Notes under the pieces: generated by a model | The model's input: the letters and a program-made list of their open reading frames with translations, nothing else | The model's database searches: none | Told to the model about the DNA's origin: nothing | Source of the DNA: Aulosira sp. ZfuVER01 | GTDB lineage: Bacteria; Cyanobacteriota; Cyanobacteriia; Cyanobacteriales; Nostocaceae | Direction: 5' to 3' | Length of the DNA: 64,000 nt | Assembly: GCA_034530615.2 (NCBI GenBank) | Contig: JAVRCV020000049.1 | Location: 32,001-96,000 of the forward strand | Shown here: piece by piece, positions 59,530-64,000 of the stretch | Numbering within the stretch: position 1 is the first letter of the stretch | Layout of the letters: each line of letters begins with the position of its first letter | Position numbers and translations under genes: made by a program

Positions 59530-59607
59530 CCATTCTCAATAACTGCGGGGAATTCTTAGCCTTAACTTTGGGAACCATAAACCAGAAACTCTGAATTACC
59601 CCAAGTT

Positions 59608-61398
59608 ATGCAAATCTGCCAAAATCCCAATTGCTCAAATCCTTTCAACCCTAACGATCATAAATTTTGTATGAGTTGTGGACAAAGCAACTTTGGTAAA
59701 CTTTTGGGAAACCGCTACCGCGTTGTGGAACTATTAGGCGAAGGTGGTTTTGGCAAAACCTATACAGCAGAAGACACAAATAAATTTGATGATGTTTGCG
59801 TCATCAAGCAATTCTTTCCCCAAGTTTCCGGAACAGCAGCATTAAGCAAAGCAGCAGAATTATTCAAGCAAGAAGCGAAACGTCTTTATGAACTGGGAGA
59901 AAATCACAACCAAATTCCCAGATTGTTAGCTTATTTTGAACAAGGCTCAAGCTTGTATCTGGTACAAGAATTTATTCAAGGACAGACTTTATTAACAGAA
60001 CTTCAGCAACAAGCTTTTAGCGAAGAACAAATTCGCCAACTATTAGCTGATTTATTGCCAGTTCTGCAATTCATCCACGATCGCAACGTCATCCATCGGG
60101 ATATTAAACCAGAAAATATTATGCGCCGTCAAAAAGATGGCAAACTTGTTCTCATTGACTTTGGTGGAGCAAAACAAGTAACTCAAACGAGTTTAGCCAG
60201 ACAAGCCACAGGAATTTATACTGTTGGTTATGCTCCCAGCGAGCAAATGAATGGATTTGCTTCACCAGCCAGCGATTTATATGCTTTGGGTGCGACTTGT
60301 GCGCGGTTGTTAACTCAATGCTTGGCTGTATCAGATGTCAATGGTAATCTTTGCGATCCCTTATATGATGCTTATAATGCTCAATGGTTGTGGCGAGAAC
60401 GGTTACAAGATAAAGGTGTTACTATTAGCAACGAATTAGGGCAAATTCTCGATAAGTTGCTGAAACATCTAGCTAGGGAAAGATATCAATCAGCAGCAGC
60501 AGTTTTGCAAGACTTGAATTCTACCAAAGCAATTCAAGCGATTCCACAACTTCAATGCATTCCTGTTCAATCCAGTCAACCCAGTAATACTTCATCCCTG
60601 AAAACTTTTGAATTTGATGTAGTAAGAGTAGACGCAACAGGTAAACAAATTAGCCGTAACCGTCGTAGTACAAACTTCTTTGCAGAAGACTTGGGAAATG
60701 GCGTAATTCTAGAAATGGTGTCTATTCCTGGCGGTACATTTATGATGGGTTCACCGCAAGGAGAAGGATACAATCGCGAAAAACCGCAGCATCAAGTTAA
60801 GGTTCCTGGCTTATTCATGGGTAAATATCAAGTCACCCAGGAACAGTATCAAACAATCATGGGTAGTAATCCCTCGATTCGTAGCGGTGAAAAACAACCA
60901 GTGGAACAAGTAAGTTGGAATAAAGCAGTAGAATTTTGTAAAAGATTGAGTCTGAAGACAGGACGGACTTATCGACTACCCAGTGAAGCAGAGTGGGAAT
61001 ATGCTTGTCGTGCTGGAACTACTACACCTTTTTATTTTGGTGAAACAATCACTACTGATTTAGCAAACTATGACGGCACTTTGACTTACGCTTTTGAAGC
61101 AAAAGGTAAATATCGTTCGGAAACAACATCTGTAGGTTCTTTTTCACCCAATAGCTTTGGTTTGTACGATATGCACGGCAATGTTTGGGAGTGGTGTCAA
61201 GATTACTGGCACGAGAATTACCAAGGCGCACCCACTGATGGTAGTGCTTGGTTAACTGGCGGTGAGAGTAATCTTCGATTACTGCATGGTGGTTCCTGGT
61301 ATATCGGTCCTGGGCGTTGCCGTAGTGCTGTCCGCGATTTCTACTCCCCGGACTATTACGACAGCCATATCGGGTTCCGTATTGTCGTTAGCGCATGA
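59608..61398 (+). CDS. Ser/Thr kinase with N-terminal 4-Cys ribbon and C-terminal FGE-sulfatase domain (paralogue of the upstream gene)
   Basis: Same architecture and identical start MQICQNPNCSNPFN. NSFGLYDMHGNVWEWC, GGSW...CRSA.R...GFR. Confidence 0.92.
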   Translation: MQICQNPNCSNPFNPNDHKFCMSCGQSNFGKLLGNRYRVVELLGEGGFGKTYTAEDTNKFDDVCVIKQFFPQVSGTAALSKAAELFKQEAKRLYELGENHNQIPRLLAYFEQGSSLYLVQEFIQGQTLLTELQQQAFSEEQIRQLLADLLPVLQFIHDRNVIHRDIKPENIMRRQKDGKLVLIDFGGAKQVTQTSLARQATGIYTVGYAPSEQMNGFASPASDLYALGATCARLLTQCLAVSDVNGNLCDPLYDAYNAQWLWRERLQDKGVTISNELGQILDKLLKHLARERYQSAAAVLQDLNSTKAIQAIPQLQCIPVQSSQPSNTSSLKTFEFDVVRVDATGKQISRNRRSTNFFAEDLGNGVILEMVSIPGGTFMMGSPQGEGYNREKPQHQVKVPGLFMGKYQVTQEQYQTIMGSNPSIRSGEKQPVEQVSWNKAVEFCKRLSLKTGRTYRLPSEAEWEYACRAGTTTPFYFGETITTDLANYDGTLTYAFEAKGKYRSETTSVGSFSPNSFGLYDMHGNVWEWCQDYWHENYQGAPTDGSAWLTGGESNLRLLHGGSWYIGPGRCRSAVRDFYSPDYYDSHIGFRIVVSA

Positions 61399-61523
61399 TA
61401 AATTCGTTTTAAACTTTCTGCCTATGGTTGTAAAAACTTTGAAAATTTCTGAGTTATACCTTTGCTAAATTGCCATTTTAACTGTTAGTTCACCATACTA
61501 AGTCATGAAAAGCCTCAATTGTT

Positions 61524-62147
61524 ATGACTCAAGCCTTACCCAAAATATTCACCTTTGATGAATTTATCGCCTGGTATCCAGAAAATGCTGGGATACGCTA
61601 CGAACTGCACAATGGGGAAATTGTCGAAATGTCACAACCCACAGGGAAACATGAAAGAGTAAAAGGATTTTTAGCAAGAAAGCTATCTGTGGAATTTGAT
61701 AGAATAAATCTTCCCTACTTTATCCCCAATCAAGCAATCGTAAAACCACCCGAAAGAGAATCAGGTTATTTCCCAGACGTATTGATATTAAATGACGCGG
61801 CTTTAGCTGATGAACCTCTTTGGGAAAAATCTTCTACCATTATTAATGGTGCATCAATTCCTCTAGTAATTGAAGTTGTCAGTACTAACTGGCGCGATGA
61901 CTACTATCTAAAACTTGCCGACTATGAACAAATGGGTATTCCTGAATATTGGATTGCTGACTATGCAGCATTAGGCGCTAAGAAGTTTATTGGTAATCCC
62001 AAACAACCCACGATTTCAGTTTATCAATTTATTGAAGATGAATATCAAGTTAGTCAGTTTCGCGGTACTGACCAGCTAATATCACCTACCTTCCCACAGT
62101 TGAATTTAACTGTCCAACAGATATTTGACCCAATAAAATACACATAA
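61524..62147 (+). CDS. Uma2-family endonuclease
   Basis: RYELHNGEIVEM, PDVLIL, IEVVSTNWRDDY..K..DY..MGIPEYWI. Confidence 0.9.
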   Translation: MTQALPKIFTFDEFIAWYPENAGIRYELHNGEIVEMSQPTGKHERVKGFLARKLSVEFDRINLPYFIPNQAIVKPPERESGYFPDVLILNDAALADEPLWEKSSTIINGASIPLVIEVVSTNWRDDYYLKLADYEQMGIPEYWIADYAALGAKKFIGNPKQPTISVYQFIEDEYQVSQFRGTDQLISPTFPQLNLTVQQIFDPIKYT

Positions 62148-62183
62148 ATTGATGGGCTATATAATTAATTCGTATTTAAGAAA

Positions 62184-63731
62184 ATGTACCCAACATCTAA
62201 ACTAGACCCAGTTCGTTTAGAAATATTCAAAAACCTCTATCAATTTATCGCTGAACAAATGGGGATTATTCTCCAAAATACAGCCGCATCAGTAAATATC
62301 AAAGAACGCCTAGATTTTTCCTGTGCCATTTTTGATGCTTCGGGATTATTAGTTGCCAACGCCCCCCACATCCCCGTACATTTAGGCTCAATGAGTGAAA
62401 GTGTCCGCAGCTTAATTAACGATCAAGGCGACACTATCAAACCGGGAAATGTTTATTTATCAAATAATCCCTATAACGGCGGCACACATCTACCTGATGT
62501 GACAGCGATTACCCCTGTTTTTGATGAAGAAGAAACCCAAATTATTTTCTACGTTGCTTCTCGCGGACACCAAGCCGATATAGGCGGGATAACTCCTGGT
62601 TCCATGCCTCCCCACAGTACTACAGTAGAAGAAGAAGGAATTTTATTTGATAATTTTCTCTTAGTTGAACAAAGTAATTTTCAAGAAACAGCAGTAAGAA
62701 AGATACTTGGAAATCATCCTTATCCTGCTCGTAATCCTGACCAAAATATTGCTGATTTCAAAGCACAAATTGCTGCTAATGAAAGGGGAGTACAAGAACT
62801 CCAAAAAATGGTTGAGCAATACGGCATCCAAACAGTCCAAGCTTACATGAAATTTGTCCAATATAATGCTGAGGAATCAGTCAGAAGGGCAATTGAAGTT
62901 CTCAAGGATGGTGCATTTATTTATGAAATGGATAGCGGTGCAAAAATTCAAGTTAAAGTAACAATTAACCGAGAGAATCGCTGTGCAATTATTGATTTTA
63001 CTGGGACATCTGGGCAATTAAACAGTAACTTCAACGCTCCCAAAGCTGTCACGCAAGCAGCAGTTTTATATGTGTTTCGGACTTTAGTTGATGATAATAT
63101 TCCTCTGAATGCTGGGTGTCTGAAACCTTTAGAAATTATCATTCCTGAAGGCTGTATGCTTAACCCAACTCATCCAGCAGCAGTAGTGGCGGGTAATGTA
63201 GAGACATCCCAAGCGATTGTTGATGCTTTATATGGTGCCTTAGGTGCGATCGCAGCTTCTCAAGGAACCATGAATAATTTTACTTTCGGTAATCAGCGCT
63301 ATCAATATTATGAAACCATCTGCGGTGGTTCGGGAGCCGGGGCTAACTTTGATGGTAGTGATGCAGTCCACACCCACATGACTAACTCCCGCTTGACTGA
63401 CCCAGAAGTTTTAGAAACTCGCTATCCTGTGTTGGTAGAAAGCTTTAGTTTGCGTCCCGATAGCGGTGGTAAAGGAAAATATACTGGTGGTAATGGAGTG
63501 ATTCGCCGCATTAAATTTTTGGAACCGATGACAGCAAATATTCTTTCTGGACATCGCCGCGTTCCTCCCTTTGGATTAAATGGTGGGGAAGCAGGACAAG
63601 TTGGAAACAACTGGATACAGCGTCAAGATGGAAGCCAAGAGAATTTAGATACTACCGCAACTGTCCAGATGCAACCTGGAGATGTTTTTGTCATAGAAAC
63701 ACCTGGGGGTGGAGGTTTTGGTCAAATATGA
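62184..63731 (+). CDS. Hydantoinase B / 5-oxoprolinase beta-type subunit
   Basis: SVNIKERLDFSCA, HIPVHLGSM, PYNGGTHLPD, RGHQADIGG, TPGGGGFG. Confidence 0.92.
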   Translation: MYPTSKLDPVRLEIFKNLYQFIAEQMGIILQNTAASVNIKERLDFSCAIFDASGLLVANAPHIPVHLGSMSESVRSLINDQGDTIKPGNVYLSNNPYNGGTHLPDVTAITPVFDEEETQIIFYVASRGHQADIGGITPGSMPPHSTTVEEEGILFDNFLLVEQSNFQETAVRKILGNHPYPARNPDQNIADFKAQIAANERGVQELQKMVEQYGIQTVQAYMKFVQYNAEESVRRAIEVLKDGAFIYEMDSGAKIQVKVTINRENRCAIIDFTGTSGQLNSNFNAPKAVTQAAVLYVFRTLVDDNIPLNAGCLKPLEIIIPEGCMLNPTHPAAVVAGNVETSQAIVDALYGALGAIAASQGTMNNFTFGNQRYQYYETICGGSGAGANFDGSDAVHTHMTNSRLTDPEVLETRYPVLVESFSLRPDSGGKGKYTGGNGVIRRIKFLEPMTANILSGHRRVPPFGLNGGEAGQVGNNWIQRQDGSQENLDTTATVQMQPGDVFVIETPGGGGFGQI

Positions 63732-63830
63732 GTGCAAATTTCAATCGAACCGCAGAGGCGCAGAAGACGCAGAGAGAAATGCGATCGCAAATATTATCAT
63801 TGTGGTGTAGCTACACCTCATGGCAGCAAT

Positions 63831-64000
63831 ATGCAACAACTATTTCCCGGTGAAGTATTTGCCAACACTGCTGATTTCGATACGGGGATTCGCCAGCTGT
63901 TACCCCGATACGATGAGATGCTGGAGGTAATTACCGATTGCCTGCCTTCCACAAGTCGTCGCATTTTAGAATTAGGTTGTGGCACAGGTGAGTTGAGTCT
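63831..64000 (+). CDS. Class I SAM-dependent methyltransferase, 5' part (runs off the window)
   Basis: Hand-translated MQQLFPGEVFANTADFDTGIRQLLPRYDEML...RILELGCGTGELS, containing SAM motif I. Confidence 0.8.
   Translation, partial: MQQLFPGEVFANTADFDTGIRQLLPRYDEMLEVITDCLPSTSRRILELGCGTGELS

Larger units (their letters stand above)
1..64000. repeat. Dispersed HIP1 octamer GCGATCGC
   Basis: Dozens of copies across the window (e.g. 2145-2152, 2861-2868, 63781-63788), a cyanobacterial hallmark. Confidence 0.9.

Noticed and set aside
59287..59578. ORFs 59287-59559 (+) and 59324-59578 (-) as real heptad-repeat proteins
   Set aside because: Both are by-products of a stop-free 21-bp repeat, and both overlap the end of the kinase gene.
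814..63610. The many 60-150 aa ORFs nested in or antisense to long genes
   Set aside because: They are shadows of well-supported CDSs and carry no independent motifs.

Overview
64 kb of chromosome from a cyanobacterium, most likely a heterocyst-forming one (Nostocales-like). This rests on frequent HIP1 GCGATCGC octamers, heptamer STRR repeats, and XisH/XisI, Uma2 and GUN4 genes. Most of the window is housekeeping (sodA, icd, gun4, mtnA, pgeF, birA, ribE, cobT, ABC components) or signalling (three Crp/Fnr regulators, LysR, an HstK-type hybrid kinase, two Ser/Thr kinase-FGE paralogues). The most notable locus (17.8-21.0 kb) is partly missing from the ORF track. Two tandem 42- and 40-codon genes encode closely similar double-glycine leaders followed by very short, unrelated cores (YGMPALD and PPAYL). 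They are transcribed divergently from an intact C39-peptidase ABC exporter and are followed by a terminator and a decayed HlyD adaptor gene, with no modifying enzyme nearby. This is a candidate short-peptide export/signalling system. Other accessory signals: a DGR-type variable-region signature in one kinase-FGE gene; an AT-rich HEPN (ApeA-like) gene beside an orphan DUF1778 antitoxin with a toxin stub; a frameshifted DUF5615 PIN gene; MITEs with target-site duplications; and an 18-bp insert splitting a HIP1 site inside a kinase. No rRNA, tRNA, CRISPR array, reverse transcriptase or intact transposase was recognised. All assignments come from reading motifs by eye; no database searches were run.
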